Of a stretch of 64,000 nucleotides of DNA, positions 10,124-19,908 are shown one piece after another. Each line of letters starts with the position of its first letter. Within the stretch, counting starts at the first letter, position 1. The notes beneath the pieces are model-generated. The model saw only the letters and a program-made list of their open reading frames with translations. It did no database searches and was not told the DNA's origin. The position numbers were made by a program, and so were the translations under genes. The stretch is from Aureliella sp. GTDB taxonomy: Bacteria > Planctomycetota > Planctomycetia > Pirellulales > Pirellulaceae. The stretch is from assembly GCA_963691875.1 (NCBI GenBank), contig OY829846.1, forward strand, positions 960,001 to 1,024,000, given 5' to 3'.

Positions 10124-11098
10124 TTACTTTTTCTTATCGTCAATGAAGGTCACGATGGGAAAGACTTCAGGAATATGCGAATCCCAGACACCATGATAGC
10201 TGAGAGCCCAGCCGCCGGAGTCCCGCGACTTATCCTCACTTGCCAGTGGTGCTTCCTTGTACTGGTTGAAACGCGAGAAATCCAATCGCCACTTGTCACC
10301 ATTCTTGGGAGGAACGGCGCGTGGGGAAGAGAGATCCAGGACTCGTAGTTCTTTCCATGGCAGCCCCAGCTCGACGGTCCATCCGCGATCCCGGTCTTCG
10401 TTATTGTTCAAAGTGCCATCGATGTGTACAGCTGATTTTAAGCCTGGATAGTCCCAGCCAAGAAAGGCCCAACGTTTTCCTCGAGGATGACTTTTGTAGC
10501 CCACACCGTTGAAGGCTTGCCACTTTACTCCATCAAGCGTTTTGTCGAGCTTCGGCAACTTGGCGATCCCCGAGGACTCGTAGTTCGACTGCCAAACAAA
10601 GAGACCTTCGTAGATTGTCCCGTGTGCGTTGATTTCGAACTCGTAGTACGCGTCCTCGCCAGCAATGAAGAACTCGACATCATTGTCGCGATATATCGGA
10701 CTATCTCGCTCCGTGAATTTGGCCGTCACAAAGGGCTCTTCGATTTTGTAGGCAACGTACAAATACTTGTCATCCCACAACAATTTCACTCGGGTTTCGT
10801 GCAGCGTCTTCGAGCCAGAAATCAGATCGACGAAGCTGGGAGACCACTCCGCTTTTTGCCACTCTGCCTCGTTAACTTTGCCATCTATCTCGATCGGGGT
10901 TCGCGAACGCGTGGCCTTAATCTGCCGTACTTCTGACTGTGCCACGGGTGGGAATTCTTGGCTTGGCAGGATTCTTGGAAAGGCAGTAAGAACCAAGTAT
11001 ACAAGTGCAATCCGCCACAAGAACGGACTTGGGGCAACGAATCCTGGGTAAGCAACAGACAGTCTGCGGCTGCGTGAAAAGGTGGTTGGATAGGGCAT
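10124..11098 (-). CDS. Carbohydrate-binding family 9-like (CBM9/DOMON-like) protein
   Basis: IEIDGKVNEAEW, T.VKLLWDDKYLYVA, DNDVEFFI, YYEFEINAHG, GWTVELGLPW, W.LDFSR. Confidence 0.85.
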   Translation of the reverse strand: MPYPTTFSRSRRLSVAYPGFVAPSPFLWRIALVYLVLTAFPRILPSQEFPPVAQSEVRQIKATRSRTPIEIDGKVNEAEWQKAEWSPSFVDLISGSKTLHETRVKLLWDDKYLYVAYKIEEPFVTAKFTERDSPIYRDNDVEFFIAGEDAYYEFEINAHGTIYEGLFVWQSNYESSGIAKLPKLDKTLDGVKWQAFNGVGYKSHPRGKRWAFLGWDYPGLKSAVHIDGTLNNNEDRDRGWTVELGLPWKELRVLDLSSPRAVPPKNGDKWRLDFSRFNQYKEAPLASEDKSRDSGGWALSYHGVWDSHIPEVFPIVTFIDDKKK

Positions 11099-11353
11099 CG
11101 GGTCTTGCCAGGGAATGCAGCGAGAATTAAAGCAATGTGTTGGTTTTTGGTTGTCAGACCCCGATTATACCCTGCGAGAGATGACGGATTTCGACAGATT
11201 TCCGACACTGGGGGAACGAAAAGCAATTTGATTTCGTCCACTTCCAGCACTGCTCGGCCGAGTTCTGTTTCCAAGGAAAGCTTGAATTCGGTAGTATGGA
11301 AAGGGAAGCGATTCCCGAGAAGGAGAGCCGATTTGGTCAACTTGGAGAAGAAA

Positions 11354-14300
11354 GTGCGACACTCTTCACTGACATTCATTCGCTTTGGTCTGCTTGCAGT
11401 ACTTGTTGTGGCTATCGCAAAACCAGGATTGGCCCAGAGTGGTTCTTATCGTGATGGCACTCGGCGACATCCCAACGACCAAACGACACAGCGTTGGCTG
11501 CCACTGCCACAGGAGTTCTCGAAATCGGAACCGCCTCTGAAGCAGATGATGGCGTTGCAAGAACTGCAAGCGATGTTGCAAGGTGCAGGACAGGCGACGG
11601 TTTCCGACATGAGTGAAGATCAGCTTCAGAAGATGGAGGAGACCTTTAAGAACTGGCAGAACAACAATGCTGGTATAGAAGGGCTGCCAGACCTTAGCAG
11701 CATTCCGCCAAATTGGATTGATCGAGCCATAAGCAGCCCGCAGATGCGCAAGCAAGCTCACGACATGCTCGACGACTATGCCCGCAAACGCAAGGTCCCT
11801 CGAGCAAACGCAGGCGGGCATGGTCGCCCTGTCTTGCCGCCGACGAATCTCGATCCGAGCAATGAGTTCAACAGATCGTTGCCTCCAAGACAGCAGCGTC
11901 TGGATAATCGCAATCCCGGCTCATTTGAGCCGACAGAGGACCAGCCCCGGAATCGTTATCAGCCCAACCCGAGAAACTCGGTTCCACCGAATTCTCGTGA
12001 GCAAGAGCCGTTCTCGCCAGGAGGGTTTTCGACACCTCGGGATCCGTTCTCGCCGCGCGATTCTTCTAACCCGCGAGATTCCGGGCAGCCGGAGAATTCC
12101 AACGATTCTTCCAATCAAACACAAGCGTCGGATTTAAACTCAGGCGGTGAGATCGCGAATCCTTTTGATATGCTACCGGAGGATCGTGAGGAACAGGCAA
12201 AGATTCCCAATCCACAGGACATGCTGCCCTCGAACCGCAATGGCACCGACGACGGCGGATTGAACAATTTGCTCGGCAGCGAAGCAATCCAAGATCTTTT
12301 CGGTGGAGAAGGTGGAAGGAGCTTGGACAAAGAGCAAGTTAGAAAGTCGCTGGATGACAGTGGACTTGAAAAGGCAATGCGAAATGGCGCCTTCGACGAG
12401 CTGCTCCAGAACAAATCCTTTCAAGACGCGATGCGCAGCGATGAGTTGAAAGACGCGTTGAAGGCTGGAGATATTGGTGGCGCACTAAATAGCAAACCCA
12501 TGCGGGAATTGCTTCAAGACCCTGGCATGGACGATACCTTGCGGCGGATGATGCAGGAAATGGGTAACGACGATTCCAGTCGTGCGATAGGTCAGAATTC
12601 CCCAAGCGGAAGTAGTCAGAACTACCCAAGCGGAATTGCTCCCAATTCCCATGAAGAGATGAATCCGAATTCCCGGGGCGGGAAGCGTCCGAATTCTCTG
12701 ACGGGTGATCCCAGCCGCCAGCCAAGCGAACCGCGCCGCAACTCACAATTCTCCAACAATGAGGCGAGATCCAACTCAACTAAACTTCCGTCAGTTCCGA
12801 ACGCGCAGCAAGAAGAAGCGATTCGTCGCTTAATGGATCAGCTGGCTCGGGACAATAATTTGCCGACCTCGCAGGACTTGACTCGCAGTGGTAACAATAC
12901 TCGATCGCTTGGTGGTTCATCTCCAAGCTTCGAGCCTACACAGCCTTACCGAGCAAATCCAGGTGTTGAACCAGGACGACGCAATCGGGCGACTGCTCCG
13001 AGAACCTGGGATCCCAACCTTTCGCTTTCCAATCGAAATAGTGGCACAAACTCACAACCTCGAAATTCTACTTTTAATCGTGGCCAAACGCCTGGTGAAT
13101 CAGGATTGCGAAGACCAGCGGCTGACGGTGAATCGGGCTCTTTTGAGAAGCTCGCTCAGCGTAAAGAACAACTACCGAACGCACCTCTTGACGCTATTCG
13201 CGATAACACGGGATCAGCAAGTACCGAGTCCAACGGATTGCAAGCCGCTGGTTCTGAAAATGCAACTCAAAAGATGACACAACAATTTGAAGATGCTATC
13301 CGTGGCATCTCGAAGGGTCGTGATGGCGACAACTCTAACTCCGAAGACCCATTTGCTGCGATCCGCCAGCAGCAGATTCAGAAAGCCTTGGGAGAGCAGA
13401 GTCGTGCCATCGCCGAGAGTCTCAGATCGCAGGGGGCAGGCAACTCAGGTGCTAGCCCAAGTAAAAACGCATTAAAGGATCTGATCGACGCTGCAGACCC
13501 GGAGTCGATCAAGAAGCTCGTCGAAAGCAAAGGGTTTGGAAATACGATTCAGGCAATTGTCGACAACGCAATTGAGCGAGAGAAGAAGGGACCATCGAGG
13601 GCTGGCAAATCCTCCTTGAGTTCAGATGCTACCCGGAGAACAAACGGCTCTAGAGAGGACACTGATTACTCGGATCGCTTAAAGAATGCAATTGATCGGT
13701 TAGCAGGTAAGTCGCCAAAGGATCCTTCAAAATCGAATACTAATAGTACCGGCGATTCGAATTCAGATTCCCAATCCAATCTTAGTACCAACACGCAATC
13801 CAGTTCTGGAAAGGGTGATATCGCCCAGAGTGTGGGAGGGAAAGACAAGAAATCTGGTATCAGCGGGATGTGGTCTGATGCATTGAAGTCCGTCCAACAG
13901 TCGCCCAAAACCGCTTCATCTCGCGGTTCCTCTGGGGAAACTTCCGGAGGAGCTGGTTCATCGGTGGCGTCCGCTGCCTCCTCCGCTGCGAATGCAGTTG
14001 GAAATCTGGAGATGCCAAGCTTTGATGGATCATTTCTATGGAGCTTGTTGATTTTCGGATTCATTATTGCAGGCATCATCATCGCAGCACTTTCGTTGCG
14101 TCGTCTTGCAATATATTTCGACCCGGAGCAGGTAGAACGACGCTGGGTGCAAAAAGTCCTGAAGGCAGGCGTGAAAACGCGAGAAGACGTGGTGAGGGCT
14201 TACCACAACTTAGTACTCCGCAGCTCCAACTCTGTGGCAAATTGGTGGACACATCGCTATGTGGCGAAACAACTATCCCTTGAGATTTCGCCGCAGCTTG

Positions 14301-14431
14301 CAGTGTTGCTGCAAGAGATTACGAATATCTATGAGGAGGCAAGGTATTTGCCACCTGAATGCGAGCTGGATAGCAGTCAGATTCAGTGCATGGAGTCCGC
14401 AATCCAGCGATTCGAGACTGCAGGCGCATAG
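11354..14431 (+). CDS. Large low-complexity exported protein with C-terminal TM and DUF4129-like domain
   Basis: GTG 11354 follows GGAGAAG and opens a signal peptide (GLA-Q). About 900 aa rich in N/S/P/Q/G. TM FLWSLLIFGFIIAGIIIAAL, then VVRAYH..T.IYEEARY typical of DUF4129. ORF track start is 11105. Confidence 0.65.
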   Translation: MRHSSLTFIRFGLLAVLVVAIAKPGLAQSGSYRDGTRRHPNDQTTQRWLPLPQEFSKSEPPLKQMMALQELQAMLQGAGQATVSDMSEDQLQKMEETFKNWQNNNAGIEGLPDLSSIPPNWIDRAISSPQMRKQAHDMLDDYARKRKVPRANAGGHGRPVLPPTNLDPSNEFNRSLPPRQQRLDNRNPGSFEPTEDQPRNRYQPNPRNSVPPNSREQEPFSPGGFSTPRDPFSPRDSSNPRDSGQPENSNDSSNQTQASDLNSGGEIANPFDMLPEDREEQAKIPNPQDMLPSNRNGTDDGGLNNLLGSEAIQDLFGGEGGRSLDKEQVRKSLDDSGLEKAMRNGAFDELLQNKSFQDAMRSDELKDALKAGDIGGALNSKPMRELLQDPGMDDTLRRMMQEMGNDDSSRAIGQNSPSGSSQNYPSGIAPNSHEEMNPNSRGGKRPNSLTGDPSRQPSEPRRNSQFSNNEARSNSTKLPSVPNAQQEEAIRRLMDQLARDNNLPTSQDLTRSGNNTRSLGGSSPSFEPTQPYRANPGVEPGRRNRATAPRTWDPNLSLSNRNSGTNSQPRNSTFNRGQTPGESGLRRPAADGESGSFEKLAQRKEQLPNAPLDAIRDNTGSASTESNGLQAAGSENATQKMTQQFEDAIRGISKGRDGDNSNSEDPFAAIRQQQIQKALGEQSRAIAESLRSQGAGNSGASPSKNALKDLIDAADPESIKKLVESKGFGNTIQAIVDNAIEREKKGPSRAGKSSLSSDATRRTNGSREDTDYSDRLKNAIDRLAGKSPKDPSKSNTNSTGDSNSDSQSNLSTNTQSSSGKGDIAQSVGGKDKKSGISGMWSDALKSVQQSPKTASSRGSSGETSGGAGSSVASAASSAANAVGNLEMPSFDGSFLWSLLIFGFIIAGIIIAALSLRRLAIYFDPEQVERRWVQKVLKAGVKTREDVVRAYHNLVLRSSNSVANWWTHRYVAKQLSLEISPQLAVLLQEITNIYEEARYLPPECELDSSQIQCMESAIQRFETAGA

Positions 14432-14434
14432 TCG

Positions 14435-15871
14435 ATGTTCAGAATCAATGGCTATGCCCCCTTCGCATTCAGTGCCGTTGCACATGGACGCAGTGAACGA
14501 GTTAGAACGCTCCGCTTAGCGCTTTGCGTGAGCATTTTCGCTCTGCAGGGTGTGCTACTCCCGATAAAGCAAGTCGCTGCCCAGGACAGTGCGGAAAGCG
14601 AAAACGAACTAAGCCCGCAGCAACAGCAGCAATGGCAACTCGGCTATGACATGTTCCAGATGCTGTTGGAAGAACGAGGGCTGCAAGCTGTGCGCAGCTA
14701 CGTAGATGCGTTTGAGGCGCCGAACGAAACAGTCCTTGTGTTAACCGGTTCCGACAGTGAAATCAATGCAACGGTCCGAGAGAAGCTAGCCCTCTTCGTG
14801 GATGCTGGGGGAGCTGTGCTCATCCTCTCAGATGGCTCACTGACTACCGGCTTGGGAAATATCAAATATACGGTCGTCGAGGGAACAGATTCCAGGAAAC
14901 TCTATCAAGGGTATAGCGATTGTATTCAACTTAGTGAAGAAAACATCGATCCCAGTCTGAAAGTTCGAACAGTCGTTTGCAACCGGACGAGCTACTTCAT
15001 CGCGAAGTCTAACACGTTGAATTGGAAACCACTCGTTTCATTGCCCCGAATCCAGCTTTCTCCTTATGCTGCACGCGGCAAACCAGTAATCAGCCTGGGC
15101 CGATCTCGATTGAGCGACGGGGGCATCGCTTTGATATCCGCTGATGCGAGCCTGTTCACCAATGGTATGATTTGGCATGGAGATAATGCTGTTCTTGCGA
15201 TTGAGTTTTGCAAACTTCTTAGCGAAGGAGATCGCAAGCGACTCGTGTTCGTCTCTGGAGGGCAGCTAATGCCAAGCTACGAACAGCAGTTATCCAAGAT
15301 GCTCAATCCACCGATTCCAGAGCCAACTTTGGATCGACTGCTGAGAATTGCCAATGCTGTCGCGCAAGATGTGCAAGCTTCCAATGTGGTCAACGAGGCG
15401 CTTTCTCAGCAGCCGCGCAACGTGAGCCCGAGACGCTACTACCGATTTATGCTGGCCGTACTCGCAGGATTAATCCTATTAATCATTCTGTGGATGATTC
15501 TCCGTAGTGGGAGTTTCCAAACTATGTTTGTCAATCATCGCAAGATGAAGGCCGGGTATCAGCTGCGAGACAATGCTTACGGTACCAATGGTGATTATCG
15601 TAGTGCAGCGGGCTACCTTGCTCGGGAGTATTGCTATGAGTTGACGGGTTCTCAACAATCCAGCGACTGGAGGCAATACTGGGAGGAATCCAAAGCGAAG
15701 TTACGCGTCGGAGGGCTGAGCACTGGCGAGATACGGAACTTGGGTGAAGTGATCGATATCGCTTGTCGCGGTAGCCAATCACGCATGAGTAGCCGAGATT
15801 TTCACCAGTTCGGTTTGTCGATCAAGAGCCTGCGATCCTGGAACATAGCCAAGCGGGTTTCAACAGCGTAG
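14435..15871 (+). CDS. DUF4350-like membrane-anchored protein
   Basis: Signal peptide. LGYDMFQMLLEERGL, FVDAGGAVLI, ISADASLFTNGMI..GDNA. C-terminal TM. Position before MoxR matches the known operon layout. Confidence 0.7.
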   Translation: MFRINGYAPFAFSAVAHGRSERVRTLRLALCVSIFALQGVLLPIKQVAAQDSAESENELSPQQQQQWQLGYDMFQMLLEERGLQAVRSYVDAFEAPNETVLVLTGSDSEINATVREKLALFVDAGGAVLILSDGSLTTGLGNIKYTVVEGTDSRKLYQGYSDCIQLSEENIDPSLKVRTVVCNRTSYFIAKSNTLNWKPLVSLPRIQLSPYAARGKPVISLGRSRLSDGGIALISADASLFTNGMIWHGDNAVLAIEFCKLLSEGDRKRLVFVSGGQLMPSYEQQLSKMLNPPIPEPTLDRLLRIANAVAQDVQASNVVNEALSQQPRNVSPRRYYRFMLAVLAGLILLIILWMILRSGSFQTMFVNHRKMKAGYQLRDNAYGTNGDYRSAAGYLAREYCYELTGSQQSSDWRQYWEESKAKLRVGGLSTGEIRNLGEVIDIACRGSQSRMSSRDFHQFGLSIKSLRSWNIAKRVSTA

Positions 15872-15907
15872 TTGTCGCTAGCGGTTTGGATTGCCCATCA
15901 TTACCCT

Positions 15908-16945
15908 ATGAATAGATTGATTGTGTCTACGATTACCAACTCTGAGCTCAATGAAGTTGCGGCACGTGTTAGTGAATTGCGGCAAGGAATTCGAGACGCC
16001 GTTTCACGCGTTGTCGTTGGGCAAGACCATGTGACAAATCAGCTCTTGATGGCGCTCGTTGCGGGTGGTCATGTTCTCTTGGAGGGAGTGCCAGGAACAG
16101 CTAAGACGACCTTGTGCCGGGCATTTTCCCGCGTTCTGGGTATCCACTACGAGCGGATCCAATTCACTCCAGATTTACTACCGTCGGATGTCACTGGTAC
16201 TCAAGTATTAGACCGAGAGACCAGTGATTTCGTTTTGCGAAAGGGTCCAGTGTTCTGCCAGTTGCTGCTAGCAGATGAGCTAAATCGTGCACCGGCACGA
16301 ACGCAATCCTCACTGCTGGAAGCAATGCAGGAACGTCAAGTCACGATTGAGGGCCAAACACTTCCGCTTCCTGAGCCCTTCATTGTTCTGGCAACACAGA
16401 ATCCAATCGAGCAAGAAGGCGTCTACCGACTGCCGGAAGCACAGCTAGACCGTTTTCTGTTCAGAGTTCATGTTGGTTATCCGAATCGGGACCAGGAAAT
16501 CGATATGCTCGATGTTCACAGTCAACCGATTGCGGAGCTGGAGGCAGTATGTGATCACAAGACAATTGTTGAGATTCAGCACGCACTCAACGAAGTCTTC
16601 TGCTCACCCGAAATGAAGGAGTATATCATTGATCTGATCCGCAAGAGTCGGTCACATCTTGATTTGGTGCTAGGGGCAAGCCCGCGCGCTGCGATTAGTG
16701 TGCTGAAAGCATCGCGGGCACATGCTTTGCTGGAGGGACGCGGCTATTTGACTCACGAGGATGTTCAAGCTGTCGCAATGCCAGTTCTGGCTCACAGACT
16801 GATCATTCGCCCCGAGTCTGAGATGGACGGAACGACAATCGAGACCGTAGTCCAGCAATTGATTCAATCTGTTCCCGTTCTGAAGGAGTCGAGTGCGGGT
16901 AGTCCAGTTCAAGCACAGATCATCGAGCCTCCGCGGAATCCCTAG
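15908..16945 (+). CDS. moxR: MoxR-family AAA+ ATPase
   Basis: GHVLLEGVPGTAKT, RIQFTPDLLPSDVTG, LLADELNRAP, ATQNPIEQEGVYRLPEAQLDRF, GASPRA. Exact start uncertain (15872/15908/15923). Confidence 0.95.
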   Translation: MNRLIVSTITNSELNEVAARVSELRQGIRDAVSRVVVGQDHVTNQLLMALVAGGHVLLEGVPGTAKTTLCRAFSRVLGIHYERIQFTPDLLPSDVTGTQVLDRETSDFVLRKGPVFCQLLLADELNRAPARTQSSLLEAMQERQVTIEGQTLPLPEPFIVLATQNPIEQEGVYRLPEAQLDRFLFRVHVGYPNRDQEIDMLDVHSQPIAELEAVCDHKTIVEIQHALNEVFCSPEMKEYIIDLIRKSRSHLDLVLGASPRAAISVLKASRAHALLEGRGYLTHEDVQAVAMPVLAHRLIIRPESEMDGTTIETVVQQLIQSVPVLKESSAGSPVQAQIIEPPRNP

Positions 16946-16947
16946 TT

Positions 16948-18732
16948 ATGACAGGTCGCGCCAGATGGCTTCTTCTACTAAGTGTGCTTGGAGCTTGGTT
17001 GGGCTTGGTTCGATACCAACCCAATCTGGTCCTCGTTTCACTATCGGTCTTTGTGTGGATCATTGTCGAGTGGATTCGCTTCGTGGTTCGTGGGCGAATC
17101 GAACTGTATCGCATTCGAGTCGAGCGTTTTGTAAACGGCGAGCAGCGTTCCAATGACGTTCTTTGGGCCGGGCGCACGTCGCAAATCGAGGTTAAGATCT
17201 CGGGGCCCACGCGATTAAATCCGGGCTTAGAGTTTCGTGACATTGTCCCGGAAAATTTCGCGCTTCTTATTTCCTCTGACCAGCATGACCATTTGGCTGG
17301 CAAGAAGGGACTCGCAAAACTGTGGGCCAAAATCAATTCGGGGCCTTCGATTCAAAAATCGAAAGTTACTTCGCCACAAGAGTTTTCCCTTGAGAATACG
17401 CAGAAGACGGCGAAATTCGAATACATGGTACGGCCGCGATCAGCAGGGAAAGTTGTCTTGCCCGCAGTTCGCATCACGATGGTCGATAGTTTCGGGTTCT
17501 TCCGCCAACACAGGAGAGTCGATTGCAAACAGACCTTTAGTGTACTGCCAGACTACTACATGGGCGGAGAACGTCAAAGCACCGTCAAGCATTTCAACTG
17601 CTTGCCCCGACACGGAATTCACCGACTAAATCGACCTGGAATCGGATCTGAACTACTCGAGCTGCGAGAGTATGCTCCTGGTGATCCGCCCAAGTCAATA
17701 GCTTGGAAAGTCTCTGCAAGACGTGGAACGCTGATGACGCGTCAGTACGAATCGGAGGTCCCGGTTCGTGTGAACATGATCATCGACGGATCTGTTTCGA
17801 CCAGAATCGGCGGATTCGGGCTGCGACTGCTGGACCAATTCAACTACGTCGCCGCCAGCGTGGCGAAATCCGCATTGGCGGTTGGTGACCCAGTCTGTGC
17901 TTCATTGGTGGATGAGAATCGCACCCGCCGGATGCCTTCCTTTTCTGGCGACGGAGGATTTTTGCAGTTTCTGAAGGCTCTGTCTGATTTTTCAGATGCG
18001 CCGCCCCCGCCTACAAACTGGCTCAAGCCTCAGATGATGGAATTTGCTCTGCGGTCTTTGAACGAGCGTTATCCCGAATTGCTGATGCGGAAGTACCAAG
18101 TCTTGCCTTTTAGCTTTTTTCGAAGTCGACGTGCCCGGTACCGACTTGTGGCAGCACTCGGGGCCCTCTTTAATCTGAGTGCTCGAGAGCAGGTCGAATG
18201 CTACCAGAATGATAAAGCGTTGGCTCGGCAGGCAAGGCGTTTCTTACACGAATGTGGACGCCCCTGGATGCCTCCCTTCACGATTGTTCCTCCAGTTGTA
18301 AATCAAGCAGCTCCGCAGAATATGAAAGTGGTTAGCCACGCGATGACTCGGAGCTTGGCAACGGCCAAAGACAACGAAGTGTATGTCGTGTTGGCAGATC
18401 TCTTAACCTGTGCGCCGCAAATAGATCAGATCTTGCCAGCAGTCAAACTGGCATTGGCAAAACACCATCGTGTTGCATTTGTGTGTCCCTCGAGCACTTT
18501 CGTTCGGCCAAGCAACGAAATTATCGTTCCGGAGTCGGAAAGTATCGATGACATGCTGCGGGCAACAGAACAGACGCGAACACGTGACTTCGCTGAGCAG
18601 TTGGGGCGAAGCTTGGGCCGACTTGGCGTGCCTGTTGCATTTTCAGGGGAAAAGAACGCGATCCAGATGATCATCGATGAAATCGAAGTTTCACGTGATG
18701 GTCGCCGAATGCCGCAAGGAGCTCGAGCATGA
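16948..18732 (+). CDS. DUF58 (VWA-like) protein, MoxR partner
   Basis: G.GSELLELREYAPGDPPKSIAWKVSARRG.LMTRQYESE and IIDGSVS. Two N-terminal TMs. Confidence 0.9.
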   Translation: MTGRARWLLLLSVLGAWLGLVRYQPNLVLVSLSVFVWIIVEWIRFVVRGRIELYRIRVERFVNGEQRSNDVLWAGRTSQIEVKISGPTRLNPGLEFRDIVPENFALLISSDQHDHLAGKKGLAKLWAKINSGPSIQKSKVTSPQEFSLENTQKTAKFEYMVRPRSAGKVVLPAVRITMVDSFGFFRQHRRVDCKQTFSVLPDYYMGGERQSTVKHFNCLPRHGIHRLNRPGIGSELLELREYAPGDPPKSIAWKVSARRGTLMTRQYESEVPVRVNMIIDGSVSTRIGGFGLRLLDQFNYVAASVAKSALAVGDPVCASLVDENRTRRMPSFSGDGGFLQFLKALSDFSDAPPPPTNWLKPQMMEFALRSLNERYPELLMRKYQVLPFSFFRSRRARYRLVAALGALFNLSAREQVECYQNDKALARQARRFLHECGRPWMPPFTIVPPVVNQAAPQNMKVVSHAMTRSLATAKDNEVYVVLADLLTCAPQIDQILPAVKLALAKHHRVAFVCPSSTFVRPSNEIIVPESESIDDMLRATEQTRTRDFAEQLGRSLGRLGVPVAFSGEKNAIQMIIDEIEVSRDGRRMPQGARA

Positions 18733-19598
18733 GGGACGCCTCCATGTCTCAAGAACAGTTGCAAGCCCCGGATCGTCCGCCTCCACCGAACGTATCGGGG
18801 AAGCAGCCCCCCAGCGTGGCTTGGCGGAGCAGCATCGTCGGAAAAGTAGCTTTCGGTATCGGGAATTGTATTCAGTTTGTTCTGATAGGACTGCTTCTCG
18901 ATCTTCTGCTCTTCACGGATGTGGAAATCAATGCTGGTCTGAAACTTGCTTTGCTCGCGTTCCTCATCTTTGGAATCGCCAAGCGACAAGCGTGGTTACT
19001 GTTAGTTGCCATTCAGTGTGCACTATTTTTTCGCGACGTGCGAAACACCAGCTTGATGCTCAACATGCTTTCCTATATCTATGCGACGACCGTTCTGATC
19101 TTGCTTCTATTTACCTTTCGACTGGAAAAGTATTCGGAATTTATCAGCGGCTACATCGCCGATAAGATCATGGGTGTGATCAGTGGCGAGAAAAAAAGTT
19201 GGCAGCAGACGCATCGCCTGTCCTCCGACGCAGTGCTTCCTAGTCTTGCTAAGTTGGCGAGTCGTATCATCGCGTTCGCTGGCGTCATACTGCTCGCATC
19301 GATCGTGATTCGCTATCTCCCCTTCGCGATCGATCGGCAAAAGTATTTGCTTTCTGCAGCTCAAGAGAACGACTACATGATGTGGCCAGGTTCCGGAGTG
19401 CTAGTTTTTGCACTTGGGCTCTTCTTGGTCATTCGCGAATTCTTCTGGCGACGTGCAACGCCTCTGCAGGCGGTCATGTATCTGCGCGGATTGCATTTAC
19501 GAGAGCACAATGTGGAAATTGGTTCAGTCATTCGGCGGCGGGCAAAAATCGAACAAAAGAAAAAGAAACAAGCACAGAAGAAAAGAAAGAAGAAATAA
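18729..19598 (+). CDS. Hypothetical multi-pass membrane protein
   Basis: ATGA overlap with the DUF58 gene. About 6 hydrophobic segments and a Lys-rich C-tail. Confidence 0.75.
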   Translation: MRDASMSQEQLQAPDRPPPPNVSGKQPPSVAWRSSIVGKVAFGIGNCIQFVLIGLLLDLLLFTDVEINAGLKLALLAFLIFGIAKRQAWLLLVAIQCALFFRDVRNTSLMLNMLSYIYATTVLILLLFTFRLEKYSEFISGYIADKIMGVISGEKKSWQQTHRLSSDAVLPSLAKLASRIIAFAGVILLASIVIRYLPFAIDRQKYLLSAAQENDYMMWPGSGVLVFALGLFLVIREFFWRRATPLQAVMYLRGLHLREHNVEIGSVIRRRAKIEQKKKKQAQKKRKKK

Positions 19599-19601
19599 GA
19601 G

Positions 19602-19850
19602 ATGTACTTCTACTGGTTTCGAGAGATAGCGGGTTGGGGGCTTGTGATAGTCGCTCTCTTTATGATGCGTGTCGCCCTTGATTTCGCGCTAAACATTGAA
19701 AGCCCACAGGTCGTCGAGGCCAGCATTGTCGTTATTGGCTCAACCGCTGTCTTGCGGGCTGGGATCGCGTTGATTCGAGTATCCACGGCGGCTCGAATAT
19801 GTCGCTTGGAGGATGCGGCGAAGACAAACCTGGACAAACCGATACAATAA
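19602..19850 (+). CDS. Small two-TM hypothetical protein
   Basis: ATG 3 nt after the previous stop. Two hydrophobic helices. Confidence 0.65.
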   Translation: MYFYWFREIAGWGLVIVALFMMRVALDFALNIESPQVVEASIVVIGSTAVLRAGIALIRVSTAARICRLEDAAKTNLDKPIQ

Positions 19851-19908
19851 ACCCAAGATGGATATTAGCCGTGTGACGGATTTGTCGTTTCGGGTCAGGA
19901 AGTCTTCG

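Noticed and set aside
11105..11353. N-terminal extension of the 1108-aa ORF
   Set aside because: It would leave almost no room for divergent promoters. The RBS and signal peptide fit GTG 11354.
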